Below are positions 1 through 11,150 of a stretch of DNA of 63,723 nt, piece by piece. The notes under the pieces are model-generated. The model saw only the letters and a list, made by a program, of their open reading frames with translations. It ran no database searches and was not told the DNA's origin. The stretch covers positions 1 to 63,723 of the forward strand of contig PNOJ01000002.1 of the NCBI GenBank assembly GCA_013824755.1, read 5' to 3'. The position numbers and the translations under genes are program-made. How positions within the stretch are numbered: position 1 is the first letter of the stretch; every line of letters starts with the position of its first letter. Source of the DNA: Gemmatimonas sp. (GTDB taxonomy: Bacteria > Krumholzibacteriota > Krumholzibacteriia > LZORAL124-64-63).

Positions 1-1
1 C

Positions 2-286
2 GTGGCGAAGCGGACCGTGGCGAAGAAGGCCGCCGCCAGGAAGCCGGTCGTGAAGGGGAAGGTCGCGAAGCGGAAGGCCGCCGGCAAGGCGACCCTCGAA
101 TCGGTCGTCGCCGGTCTCATCCGCGCCAACGGCGGCAAGATGTCCGTCCAGGACATCCTGGCCGCCATCGACAAGGGCAAGCTGGTCAAGAGCAAGAGCG
201 GCAATTTCGCGAACGTGCTGCGGCGGACGCTGTCCACGAGCGCGATCCTGGTCAGCGCCGGGCGCGGACTGTACAAGGTGAAGTGA
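2..286 (+). CDS. small basic DNA-binding-like protein (Lys/Ala-rich H1-like tail plus a globular winged-helix-like half); possibly 5'-truncated by the window edge
   Basis: ORF 2..286. The N-terminus AKRTVAKKAAARKPVVKGKVAKRKAAGK is dominated by K/R/A and the C-terminal ~60 aa look globular. Codons end in G/C as in neighbouring genes. Family assignment is by eye only. Confidence 0.5.
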   Translation: MAKRTVAKKAAARKPVVKGKVAKRKAAGKATLESVVAGLIRANGGKMSVQDILAAIDKGKLVKSKSGNFANVLRRTLSTSAILVSAGRGLYKVK

Positions 287-305
287 GCGCGGCCGGCGGC
301 CCCCG

Positions 306-650
306 TCAGCCCGGAGGCCAGCCGAGTTCGCGCCCGCCCAGCACGTGCAGGTGGAGGTGGGGGACGGTCTGGCCCCCGTCGGCGCCGGAATTCAGCACCC
401 AGCGGAACCCCGTGGCGTCGAGGCCGAGCTCGCGCGCGATCCGCGCCGCGGCGACCAGCAGCCGCCCGGCCAGGGCGGCGTCGCCGTCGCCGAGGTCGCC
501 CGGCGACGGGATGTGGCGGCGGGGGATCAGCAGGACGTGGACCGGGGCGCGGGGCGCGATGTCCCGGAACGCGACGAACTCCTCGTCCGCGTGGACGATG
601 TCGGCGGGGATCGCGCCGGCGGCGATCTTGCAGAACAGGCAGTCAGCCAT
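306..650 (-). CDS. HIT-family (histidine triad) nucleotide hydrolase/transferase
   Basis: Lies inside ORF 306..731(-). Typical N-terminus MADCLFCKI starts at ATG 650. Histidine triad HLHLHVLGG is near the C-terminus. The 27 codons upstream in the ORF look non-coding. Confidence 0.85.
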   Translation of the reverse strand: MADCLFCKIAAGAIPADIVHADEEFVAFRDIAPRAPVHVLLIPRRHIPSPGDLGDGDAALAGRLLVAAARIARELGLDATGFRWVLNSGADGGQTVPHLHLHVLGGRELGWPPG

Positions 651-795
651 CTCGCGCCACCTCTCGGCTGGAGTAGCCGGGTCCGGGTGCCGCCGGGATC
701 CCGGAAGCGACGGTTCTCCCCGCCCCGACATCCCGGGAACCTACCACGCGCCCGGCACGCCCGACAAGCTCCCCGCGTCTCCCGCCGGTCGCCGG

Positions 796-824
796 TTGAC
801 GCCCCGCCTCCCCGCCGCTAGCAT
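796..824 (+). promoter_or_regulatory. candidate sigma70-type promoter for hsp20 (TTGACG-N17-TAGCAT)
   Basis: TTGACG at 796-801 and TAGCAT at 819-824 with a 17-nt spacer, ~30 nt upstream of ATG 855. RBS AAGGAGG at 842-848. Confidence 0.4.
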
Positions 825-854
825 GCGGTGGGTCAACGCCCAAGGAGGCCCGCC

Positions 855-1310
855 ATGATCACGACGGAACACCGCGCGGCCGAGGATCCCGGTCCTGTGG
901 ACGACATCTTCGAGATCCTGGTCACGACCCACGCCCGCGGGCTGGGGCGGGTGCCCCTGGACGACGACCTGACCTGGCGGCCGGCCACCGACGCCTACGA
1001 GACCGAGGATGCCTTCGTCGTGCAGATGGACCTGGCGGGCATGGACCCCGCCGCGATCGAGGTCTTCACCGACGGCGGGAGCCTGACCGTGCGCGGCACG
1101 CGCCAGGACATCGCGCCGGCCGGCAAAAAGCACTATTCGAAGATGGAGATCAGCGTGGGGCCGTTCGCCCGGCGCATCGCCGTGCCGGTGCCGGTGCAGC
1201 CGGAGACCGCGGTCGCCCGCTACCGCAACGGATTCCTCTACGTCACGTTCCGCAAGGGACCGGCGGCGGCCGGCGGCCGGCGGCGCGTGGACGTCGGCAA
1301 CGGGAAGTGA
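855..1310 (+). CDS. Hsp20/alpha-crystallin family small heat-shock protein
   Basis: Alpha-crystallin core: PATDAYETEDAFVVQMDLAGMDPAAIEVFTDGGSLTVRGTR ... GFLYVTF. ATG 855 is preceded by AAGGAGG. The ORF track start at 828 is less likely. Confidence 0.85.
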   Translation: MITTEHRAAEDPGPVDDIFEILVTTHARGLGRVPLDDDLTWRPATDAYETEDAFVVQMDLAGMDPAAIEVFTDGGSLTVRGTRQDIAPAGKKHYSKMEISVGPFARRIAVPVPVQPETAVARYRNGFLYVTFRKGPAAAGGRRRVDVGNGK

Positions 1311-1350
1311 CCGGCGTCGGGGCCCGACGGACCAGGAAGGGAAGGAACCC

Positions 1351-3729
<2,379 letters not shown>

Positions 3730-3742
3730 GCGACGGCCGGGC

Positions 3743-4816
3743 ATGAGCTTCGCCGAGGGCAGGCTGGTCAGGGGACTCGTCGATCGTCTCTTCCTGCGGG
3801 GCGGCGGCGAGGGCTTCACGCTGCCGGGCGCCCTGGGGGACGAGCCCCTGCTGCTGGCCATCGACACCGGCGACCTGTCCGACCTGCTGTTCCACCTGCC
3901 GCTGCTGCAGGCGGTCCGCGAGCGCCACCCGCGCGCCCGCGTGGACTTCCTGCTGCCGCAATCGCACGTGTCCCTGGTCGCCCCCAGCGGGATCGCGCGC
4001 CAGTGCCTCGTGTACCAGCCGCGGCAGCTGAAACTGTGGAGCCCCTCCTGCCACGCCCTGCTCAAGAGCGTGCGCAGGGAAGGGTACGACCTCAGCCTCG
4101 TGATGTCCTGCGACCCGCACCCCGCCCTCGAGACCGTGTCGCTGGCGACCGGGGCGCCGCTGCGCATGGGGCCCTCGCACCCGACCGCGTACCCGGCGGT
4201 CAATTTCGAGATCCGCAGCCGCGGGGGCGGCGCGCGCTACCGCGGCGATCGACTGGCCGCGGCGGCCCCGTTCCTGGGGCTGCCGCGTCTCGCGGCGCAC
4301 CGCGGTTGGCCCCTACCCGACGAGAAGCTGCGCCGGACGCGCCAGCTCGTGCACTTCAACAAGCCGCGGCAGGACGAGGTCCTGGTGGGCCTCGACCCGA
4401 CGCCGGGCAAGTCGGGCCACGCGCTGGCGGCGCCGAATTTCCACCACCTGCTGCGCCAGCTCGAGGGCCGCTACCCGTGCCGGGTGCTGCCCCTGACCCT
4501 GTCCGCGGATGCCGAGCGCGTCGCGTCGCTGGTGGCCGGCCTGGGCGCGACCCCCATGACCCTGCCCTGCGAATCGCTCTTCGACGCGGTGCTGCTGGCC
4601 GCCGTCTGCGACGTGGTGATCGCCGGCAACACCGACCTCTTCCACTTCGCGGCGGCGGCGGGCGTGCCCACCCTGGGCCTGTTCCTGGAGCAGGACGCGA
4701 ACGAGTGGGAGCCAGCGGATCAGCCTCACGTGCGGATCCTGCGCGTCAAGGACGGGCAGAGGATCGACCCCGACGCCCTGCTGGGCGCGTTCGCGGCCGT
4801 CAGCGCCGCCCGTTGA
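3743..4816 (+). CDS. glycosyltransferase family 9 (heptosyltransferase-like), divergent
   Basis: 357 aa. GT9-like layout: N-terminal [29 protein letters not shown]-terminal [24 protein letters not shown]. Confidence 0.7.
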   Translation: MSFAEGRLVRGLVDRLFLRGGGEGFTLPGALGDEPLLLAIDTGDLSDLLFHLPLLQAVRERHPRARVDFLLPQSHVSLVAPSGIARQCLVYQPRQLKLWSPSCHALLKSVRREGYDLSLVMSCDPHPALETVSLATGAPLRMGPSHPTAYPAVNFEIRSRGGGARYRGDRLAAAAPFLGLPRLAAHRGWPLPDEKLRRTRQLVHFNKPRQDEVLVGLDPTPGKSGHALAAPNFHHLLRQLEGRYPCRVLPLTLSADAERVASLVAGLGATPMTLPCESLFDAVLLAAVCDVVIAGNTDLFHFAAAAGVPTLGLFLEQDANEWEPADQPHVRILRVKDGQRIDPDALLGAFAAVSAAR

Positions 4817-4830
4817 CCCGAAAGGAATCC

Positions 4831-6501
4831 ATGCCCCGCCGGCCGCGCCTGCTCGTGGTGGCCCCGAACTGGCTCGGGGACCTCGTGATGTCCACCTCGC
4901 TGCTGGCTTCCCTGGCCGCGGCAGGTGAGGACGAGGCGCCGCCCGAGATCCACGTCGCGGTGCGCGACCGCTGGGCGCCGCTGCTGGCGGGCGACCCCCG
5001 CGTCGGCCGGTTGCTGATCTACGAGCGCGAAGGCGTCCATGCGGGCTGGCGCGGCGCGCTGCGCCTGGCGCAGCAATGGCGCGACGGCGGCTACGACGCC
5101 GTCTTCGTGCTGCCGCCGTCGTTGCGCGCGGCGGTGGTGGCGCGGCTGGCCCGCATCCCGCGCCGCCTGGGCTTCCGCGGCGAGCTGCGCGGCATCCTGC
5201 TCACCGACGCCCTGCCGCGGCCGCCGCGGTGCTCGCGCCACTACACCGAGGAACTGGCCCTGCTGGCCCGCGCCTGGCGCGGGGGCGTCGGCCCCGCGCC
5301 GCCGCCGTCGCCCTCCCTGGCGATCGACGCCGTTCCCGCGGCGGGTCCCGTCATCCCTGCGGGCCCTCCCGTCTGGGTCGTGTCCGTGGGCACCACGTAC
5401 GGGGATGCGAAGAGCTGGCCTCCGGCCGCCGTCGCCGGCTTCGTCGATCTGGCCGTCGCCGAGGCCGGGGTGCGCGTCGTGCTGGTCGGCGACCCGCCGG
5501 CGCAGCCCCTGGCCGCGCGCGTGCGCGCCGCCTGCGATGATGCGGGCTCGCAAGTCCCCTGGTCCGAGTCGCCCGCCGCCGCGCCTGGCTGTTGCGATCT
5601 GGTCGGCCGCACCGATCTGCCCGGACTCGTCGCGCTGTTGCGCGGCGCGGACCTCTTCGTCGGCAACGACAGCGGCCCGATGCACCTGGCGTCAGCCCTC
5701 GGCACGCCGACGGTGGGGATCTTCGGCTCGTCGAGCCCCATCTGGACCGGTCCGCGCGGCGCGCACGCCACGGTCGTGGCGGTGGAGGGGTTCCGTTGCC
5801 ACCCCTGCTTCCTGCGCTCGTGCCCCGAACCCCGCTTCTGCCTCGAGACGATCACCCCGTGCCGCGTCATGACCGCGGCCCGCTCCCTGTTCCCCGACCG
5901 CGATCCGGGGGAGGTGGGGATCTGGAAGCCGATCGGCGTGACCGCACCGCAACCGGCGCGACCGACCCTCTTCCTCGATCGCGACGGGGTGGTCATCAAC
6001 GACGGCGACTACCTTCGCGATCCCCGGGCCGTGGCGTTGACCGCGAGCGCCGGCGCGGCCCTGCGCAAGGCGCAGACGGCCGGGTTCCGCCTGATCGTGC
6101 TCACCAACCAGTCGGGCCTGGGTCGCGGCTACTACACGCGCGACGAGTTCGCCGCCGTGCAGAAGCGCGTCGACGCCCTGCTGGCCGCGGACGACGTGTA
6201 CCTCGACGGCGTCTACTACTGCCCGCACGCGCCCGACGCGGACTGCCACTGCCGCAAACCGCGCCCCGGCCTGCTGCAGACCGCCGCGCGCCACTTCGCC
6301 TGGGATCCCGCGCGCGCCTGGATGGTGGGCGACAAGATTTCCGACGTGCTGCTGGCGCGGCACGCCGGCCTGGACGCGCTGCTGGTGCGCACTGGCCAGG
6401 GCAACCTCGCCGCCCGCGAGCTCGACCCCGCCTGGCGCGTGCCGGTCGTGATGGACCTGGCCAGAGCCGTCGAGCACATCCTGCGGGAGGCGAAGGCGTG
6501 A
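4831..6501 (+). CDS. fusion protein: ADP-heptose:LPS heptosyltransferase (RfaF/WaaF-like GT9) plus D,D-heptose-1,7-bisphosphate phosphatase (GmhB, HAD family)
   Basis: ATG 4831 lies within long ORF 4003..6501. GT9 part: LLVVAPNWLGDLVMS ... GNDSGPMHLASALGTPTVGIFG ... CHPC. GmhB part: LFLDRDGVVI (DxDGT/V motif), LTNQSG, CxHxxxxxCxCRKP zinc motif (CPHAPDADCHCRKPRPG), MVGDKISD. Confidence 0.85.
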   Translation: MPRRPRLLVVAPNWLGDLVMSTSLLASLAAAGEDEAPPEIHVAVRDRWAPLLAGDPRVGRLLIYEREGVHAGWRGALRLAQQWRDGGYDAVFVLPPSLRAAVVARLARIPRRLGFRGELRGILLTDALPRPPRCSRHYTEELALLARAWRGGVGPAPPPSPSLAIDAVPAAGPVIPAGPPVWVVSVGTTYGDAKSWPPAAVAGFVDLAVAEAGVRVVLVGDPPAQPLAARVRAACDDAGSQVPWSESPAAAPGCCDLVGRTDLPGLVALLRGADLFVGNDSGPMHLASALGTPTVGIFGSSSPIWTGPRGAHATVVAVEGFRCHPCFLRSCPEPRFCLETITPCRVMTAARSLFPDRDPGEVGIWKPIGVTAPQPARPTLFLDRDGVVINDGDYLRDPRAVALTASAGAALRKAQTAGFRLIVLTNQSGLGRGYYTRDEFAAVQKRVDALLAADDVYLDGVYYCPHAPDADCHCRKPRPGLLQTAARHFAWDPARAWMVGDKISDVLLARHAGLDALLVRTGQGNLAARELDPAWRVPVVMDLARAVEHILREAKA

Positions 6502-7646
6502 GCTGGAGTCTCGACGGCGCGCCGCTCGGCGCGATCCTGGTCAGCCGCCTGCGCTTCCTCGGCGACGTGGCGATGTCGACCGTCGTGCTCGAGGCGTTGC
6601 GGCGCGGCGATCCGGACCTGCGCCTGGGCTACCTCTGCGAATCGCCGGCCGCGCCCCTGCTGGCCGGCGACCCGCGGTTGCGGCGGCTGCACGTGCTGGC
6701 GCGGGGAACGCGCGGCGGCGGCGCGGCGGCGCGGCCGACGGCGCCCGGCGACGGTGCGGGCGGGGGCAGCAGCACCGCAACGATCGCCGAGCTGCGTCGC
6801 GCCCGCTACGACCTTTCCGTGGACCTCTTCGGCAACCCGCGCAGCGCGCTGCTGCTGCGCCTGGCCGGCGCGCCGCGTCGCATCGGCGGCGACCACGGCT
6901 GGCGCCGCCGCCTCGCCACGCACCCCGTCGCCGTCGTCGCCGCGTCAGGACCCGGTCTTCCGCGCCGCCGCGCCCGGCGGGCTCGGCGAGCTCCTCGGCC
7001 GCCTGTGGCCGCTGGTGCACCTCCCGAGCGGGTTGCCGTTCCGGGACTGGTACCTGCGCGAGTACCCGCGCGGCCTGACGCCCCGGTTGCACCCGTCGCC
7101 CTCGGCGCGGTCCGACGCGGCGCTGGCGGCGCTGGGCGTCGATGCGGCGCGGCCGTACCTGCTCTTCGCGCCCGGCGCCACCTGGCCGTCCAAGGCCTGG
7201 CCCCGCGCGTCGTGGGACGAACTGCGCGTCCGCTTGGCGGGGACGGACCCGCGTCCCGTCGTCGAGCTCTCCGCGCCAGGCACGGCGTTGGCGGTCGGCG
7301 CGTGGGTCGGGGGCGAGACGGGCGGCGGCTGCCAGCGATGGGCCTGGCCGACGTCATGGCCGTCGTCGCCGGCGCGGACGCCGTCGTGACCGTCGACGGC
7401 GGCATCGCCCACGTCGCGGTGGCCTGCGGCCGTCCCACGCTGGCGCTCATCGGCCCGACGGACCCCGCGATCTGGTTCCCCTACGAGAGCTTCGGACCGT
7501 TCCGCGCGATGTGCGCCCGACCCGCCTGCCACCCCTGCGACCGGCACTTCTGCCCGCCGCAGGAGTTCGTCTGCCTGCCCGCGCTGACGGCCGCCGCCGT
7601 CGTCGAGGCGCTGCCGCTCCTGGGCGGATCGGGGGCCGGACGATGA
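6498..7646 (+). CDS. GT9 heptosyltransferase-family protein; the central ~125 codons appear out of frame (compensating double frameshift)
   Basis: GTG 6498 overlaps the upstream stop (GTGA). N-terminus (ILVSRLRFLGDVAMST) and C-terminus (VTVDGGIAHVAVACGRPTLALIGPTDP ... CHPC) are in this frame. The conserved middle (RPYLLFAPGATWPSKAWP...) is only read in the +1 frame (ORF 6754..7389). Confidence 0.7.
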   Translation: MSWSLDGAPLGAILVSRLRFLGDVAMSTVVLEALRRGDPDLRLGYLCESPAAPLLAGDPRLRRLHVLARGTRGGGAAARPTAPGDGAGGGSSTATIAELRRARYDLSVDLFGNPRSALLLRLAGAPRRIGGDHGWRRRLATHPVAVVAASGPGLPRRRARRARRAPRPPVAAGAPPERVAVPGLVPARVPARPDAPVAPVALGAVRRGAGGAGRRCGAAVPALRARRHLAVQGLAPRVVGRTARPLGGDGPASRRRALRARHGVGGRRVGRGRDGRRLPAMGLADVMAVVAGADAVVTVDGGIAHVAVACGRPTLALIGPTDPAIWFPYESFGPFRAMCARPACHPCDRHFCPPQEFVCLPALTAAAVVEALPLLGGSGAGR

Positions 7647-8716
7647 ACCCCTCCTTCGTCGACGACCTGCCGCGGCTGCGCCGGGTCCTGGTGATCCGCC
7701 GCCGCGCCCTCGGCGACGCCGTGGTCACGCTGCCGGCGGTGCACGCCCTGGCGGCGGCCTGCCCGCAGGCGCGGGTCGACCTGCTCGTGGACCGTCCCTT
7801 CGTCCCCCTGCTGCGGGAACTCGCCGACCGTGTCCGAGTGGTGAGCTGGCCGCCGTCGCGGGCGGAGGCGCCATCGGGTTGGCTCCCGCACCTGCGCGCC
7901 CAGCGGTACGACCTCGTGGTCGACATCCTGAGCACGCCCCGCACGGCCCTGTGGACCGCCCTGAGCGGCGCCCGCTGGCGCGCCGGCTACGCCCTGCGCT
8001 GGCGACGCTGGGCCTACAACCTGCCGGTGCCGCGCGATCGCCAGGACGGCCGACGGTTGCGGCAGTTCGCCGCCGAAGGCTTCCTGGAACTGGCGCGCAC
8101 GCTGGGTGCCGATACCGCGCCGTGGCGGCCCGGCGGTTTCGCGGGCGGGATCGCTCGCACGGACGACGATCCGACGCGCGACGCCGATGCCTGGCCGGGC
8201 GACGGCGGTCGTCCGCGGGTCGGCCTGATCCTGAGCGCGACCTGGCCGGTGAAGTCCTGGCCGGTCGCCGAAGCCGTGCGCCTGATGCGGGCGCTCGCGG
8301 CGCGCGGCGCCGCGGTGCTGCTGATCCCGGGGCCGGGCGACCGGGACATCGCGGCGGCCGTCGCGGCGGCGGCGCCCGAGCTGCGGATCGCTCCGGCCAC
8401 GGACCTGCTGGAGCTGACCGGGCTGCTGGGGCGGCTCGACGTGCTGGTGGCGACCGACTGCGGCCCGCGCCACATCGCCGCCGGGCTGGGCGTGCCGACG
8501 GTGACCCTGTTCGGCCCGACCGACCCGCGGGGCTGGAACCCGGAACATCCTTTGCATATCATGGTACGGACCGGGGAACCTTGTTCCCCTTGCGACCTGT
8601 TGACATGTCCGGTGGCCGGTCATCCCTGCATGACGGGTCTGCGGGCCGAACACGTGCTGGCGGCGTTGGACGCTCTGACGGCGCGCCTGCGGACCGCGAC
8701 GAGGGGGATCTCATGA
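7643..8716 (+). CDS. GT9 heptosyltransferase-family protein
   Basis: ATG 7643 overlaps the upstream stop (ATGA). Motifs: VLVIRRRALGDAVVTLP, GLILSATWPVKSWP, ATDCGPRHIAAGLGVPTVTLFGPTDP, CSPC. Confidence 0.8.
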   Translation: MNPSFVDDLPRLRRVLVIRRRALGDAVVTLPAVHALAAACPQARVDLLVDRPFVPLLRELADRVRVVSWPPSRAEAPSGWLPHLRAQRYDLVVDILSTPRTALWTALSGARWRAGYALRWRRWAYNLPVPRDRQDGRRLRQFAAEGFLELARTLGADTAPWRPGGFAGGIARTDDDPTRDADAWPGDGGRPRVGLILSATWPVKSWPVAEAVRLMRALAARGAAVLLIPGPGDRDIAAAVAAAAPELRIAPATDLLELTGLLGRLDVLVATDCGPRHIAAGLGVPTVTLFGPTDPRGWNPEHPLHIMVRTGEPCSPCDLLTCPVAGHPCMTGLRAEHVLAALDALTARLRTATRGIS

Positions 8717-9576
8717 ACCAGCGACGACACCGGGCGGGAACCGCGCCGGCGTTCTGGGCCGCGGCGGCGCTCGCCGCGCTGGCGGCGGGGGCCGCCGGCC
8801 GCGTCCTCGCCGACCCGATCGCCGTCGCACCCGCCGCTGGTTCGGAAACGACCGCCGCCGCACCGGATCCTGCCGCCCCGTTCGCGCCGGTGCCGTACGG
8901 GCCGGGCGAGATGCTGGTCTTCTCGATCGACTACGGTCCCGTCAACGCCGGCGAGGCCTCCCTGGAGGTCGGGGAGGTCGTCGACTCCGGCGGCCGCCCC
9001 TGCTACCCCGTGGAGAGCAAGGCGGCGTCGAACCGCTTCTTCTCGGCGTTCTACCTCGTGCGGGACAAGGTCGTCACCCACATCGACGTGCAGACGCTCG
9101 CGACGCGCTACTTCAGCAAGCGGCTGCGCGAGGGCGACTACCGCAAGAACGTGGCGATCCGCTACGACCAGGAAGCCGGCAAGGCGCGCCACCTCGACGG
9201 TCGCGACGAGGACGTCCCCACCGGGGTGCAGGACATCCTGTCGGCCTTCTACTTCGTCCGCACCCTGCCGCTGGTGCCCGGACAGCCGGCCCTGGTGGCC
9301 ACGCACAGTTCGCGCAAGACCTACGACCTCGTGGTCAACGTCCACGGCCGCGAACGGATCACCGTCCCGGCCGGCACGTTCGACTGCCTCGTCGTGCAGC
9401 CGGTCATCCAGGGCGAAGGGCTCTTCCAGTTCGAGGGCGACCTCACGATCTGGCTGACGGACGACGAGCGCCGCCTGCCCGTGCTCATGAAGACGAAGGT
9501 GAAGGTCGGGGCCATCGACGCCTCGCTGAAGTCGTACCGGCCCGGCCGTCCCCTGCACCCGGAGGTCCGGCCGTGA
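8713..9576 (+). CDS. DUF3108-domain secreted protein
   Basis: ATG 8713 (ATGA overlap). Signal-like N-terminus. DUF3108-type pattern: GEMLVFSIDYGPVNAGEASLEV ... FFSAFYLVRDKV ... DILSAFYFVR ... VPAGTFDC ... IWLTDDERRLPV. Confidence 0.75.
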   Translation: MNQRRHRAGTAPAFWAAAALAALAAGAAGRVLADPIAVAPAAGSETTAAAPDPAAPFAPVPYGPGEMLVFSIDYGPVNAGEASLEVGEVVDSGGRPCYPVESKAASNRFFSAFYLVRDKVVTHIDVQTLATRYFSKRLREGDYRKNVAIRYDQEAGKARHLDGRDEDVPTGVQDILSAFYFVRTLPLVPGQPALVATHSSRKTYDLVVNVHGRERITVPAGTFDCLVVQPVIQGEGLFQFEGDLTIWLTDDERRLPVLMKTKVKVGAIDASLKSYRPGRPLHPEVRP

Positions 9577-11150
9577 ACCAGCGCCCGCACGACTCGTTCA
9601 CCCGCCTCGGCGCCATGCCCGCGCTCGATCCCGCCGGCCGGCGCAGCGAGCGCCTGTTGTTCGTGATCCTGGTGACGGCCGCGGCGGCGATCCTGCGCGG
9701 GTACCACCTCGGCGCTTCGCCGCTGTGGATCGATGAGTACCAGACCTGGCGCAACCTCCATCCCGGTGCCGGGCACGGTCTGTGGGAGCAGTTCCGCGAC
9801 AACATCCAGGGCCCGCTGTACCTGCTGTTGAGTTGGCGCCCCGGCCAGCCGGCGTCACCCGAGTGGCTCCTGCGGCTGCCGGCGGCGCTGGCCGGCATCC
9901 TGGCCGTCCCGGTGATGTACAAGCTCGGCAGCGAGTGGCGCGACCGCTCGACCGGCGCCTGGGCGGCCCTGCTGCTGGCGCTCAACCCCTTCCACGTCTG
10001 GTACGGGCAGGAGGCGCGCGGCTATTCGCTGATGATCCTGCTCGCCATGGCGGCGTCCCTGCAGCTGCTGCGCATGCAACGCCACGGCGCCTCGACGCGG
10101 GGCGGCTTGACCTACGGCCTGCTCGCCGGCCTGGCCGTGCTGAGCAACATGTCGGCGCTGTTCCTGGTCGCGGCCCACGCGCTGGGCGTGCTGCTGCTGC
10201 ACCGGCCGCGGGACGGGCGGGGCTGGCGCGGGTGGGCGGTCGCCTTCGGGCTGACCGGCCTGATCGCCCTGCCGTGGCTGCTGCAGGCGACGGGCTTCTG
10301 GTATCCCGGGCGGCTGGCAGCGGGGGGAGGCGGCGGGCTGCTGCCCGAGGGACAGGAACGCCTGACGCCCCTGGCCGTGCCGTACGCCCTCTACACCTTC
10401 TTCTACGGCTTCAGCCTCGGGCCGACGCTCGAGGAATTGCACCGGCCCGATCGCCTGGAGATCGTCCGCCGCTACCTGCCGCTGCTGGCGGCGGGCGCGC
10501 TCGCCGCCGCGTTCCCGACGTTCACGGGCTGGTGGCGCAGCCGGCGGCGCCTCGAGACGGTGTTGTGGGTGGCGGTGCCGTTCGTCGCGCTGGTCGCGAT
10601 GCGTCTGCTGGACGTGAAGACCTTCACGCCCCGCTACCTGGCGGTGACGGCTCCCTTCCTGCTGCTCGCGGCCGGTCACGGCCTCAGCACGCTGCACGGT
10701 TGGACGGTGCGGGCGGCGAGTCTGGCCCTGCTCGGGCTGACCCTGTGGTCGTCGGCCAGCTACCACGTCGATCCGCGATACGCCAAGGACGACGTGCGGT
10801 CGGCCGCGGTCTGGATCGCGAACCAGGACGCCGCGGGCGAACCGGTGCTCGTGCCCGTGGTCACCGACCTGTTCCGCCTCTACTACGACGGCCGCGGCGA
10901 GGTGCGCGACTTCTGGGGTCTGGGCGCGCTCGGCAGCCGCGCCGACGCGACCCGGGCGCTGTCCGAGAGGATCGGCGGGGCCGACCAGGCCTGGCTGGTT
11001 CTGTGCCGCAGCGGGACGCTCGACCCGGGACATCACTTCCCCGCGGCGCTCGACGACCTGGGCGACGTGGTCGCCGTGCGCGAGTTCCCCGGCGTGACCG
11101 CCCTGCGCTGGCGGCGCGCGCCGTCGGCGGGCGGGGAGGCAGGCCGGTGA
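9573..11150 (+). CDS. polytopic membrane glycosyltransferase, GT39/GT83 (PMT/ArnT-like)
   Basis: 525 aa with a GTG start overlapping the upstream stop. Many hydrophobic segments. First-loop acidic motif PLWIDEYQTW. Large C-terminal soluble part. Confidence 0.7.
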   Translation: MNQRPHDSFTRLGAMPALDPAGRRSERLLFVILVTAAAAILRGYHLGASPLWIDEYQTWRNLHPGAGHGLWEQFRDNIQGPLYLLLSWRPGQPASPEWLLRLPAALAGILAVPVMYKLGSEWRDRSTGAWAALLLALNPFHVWYGQEARGYSLMILLAMAASLQLLRMQRHGASTRGGLTYGLLAGLAVLSNMSALFLVAAHALGVLLLHRPRDGRGWRGWAVAFGLTGLIALPWLLQATGFWYPGRLAAGGGGGLLPEGQERLTPLAVPYALYTFFYGFSLGPTLEELHRPDRLEIVRRYLPLLAAGALAAAFPTFTGWWRSRRRLETVLWVAVPFVALVAMRLLDVKTFTPRYLAVTAPFLLLAAGHGLSTLHGWTVRAASLALLGLTLWSSASYHVDPRYAKDDVRSAAVWIANQDAAGEPVLVPVVTDLFRLYYDGRGEVRDFWGLGALGSRADATRALSERIGGADQAWLVLCRSGTLDPGHHFPAALDDLGDVVAVREFPGVTALRWRRAPSAGGEAGR

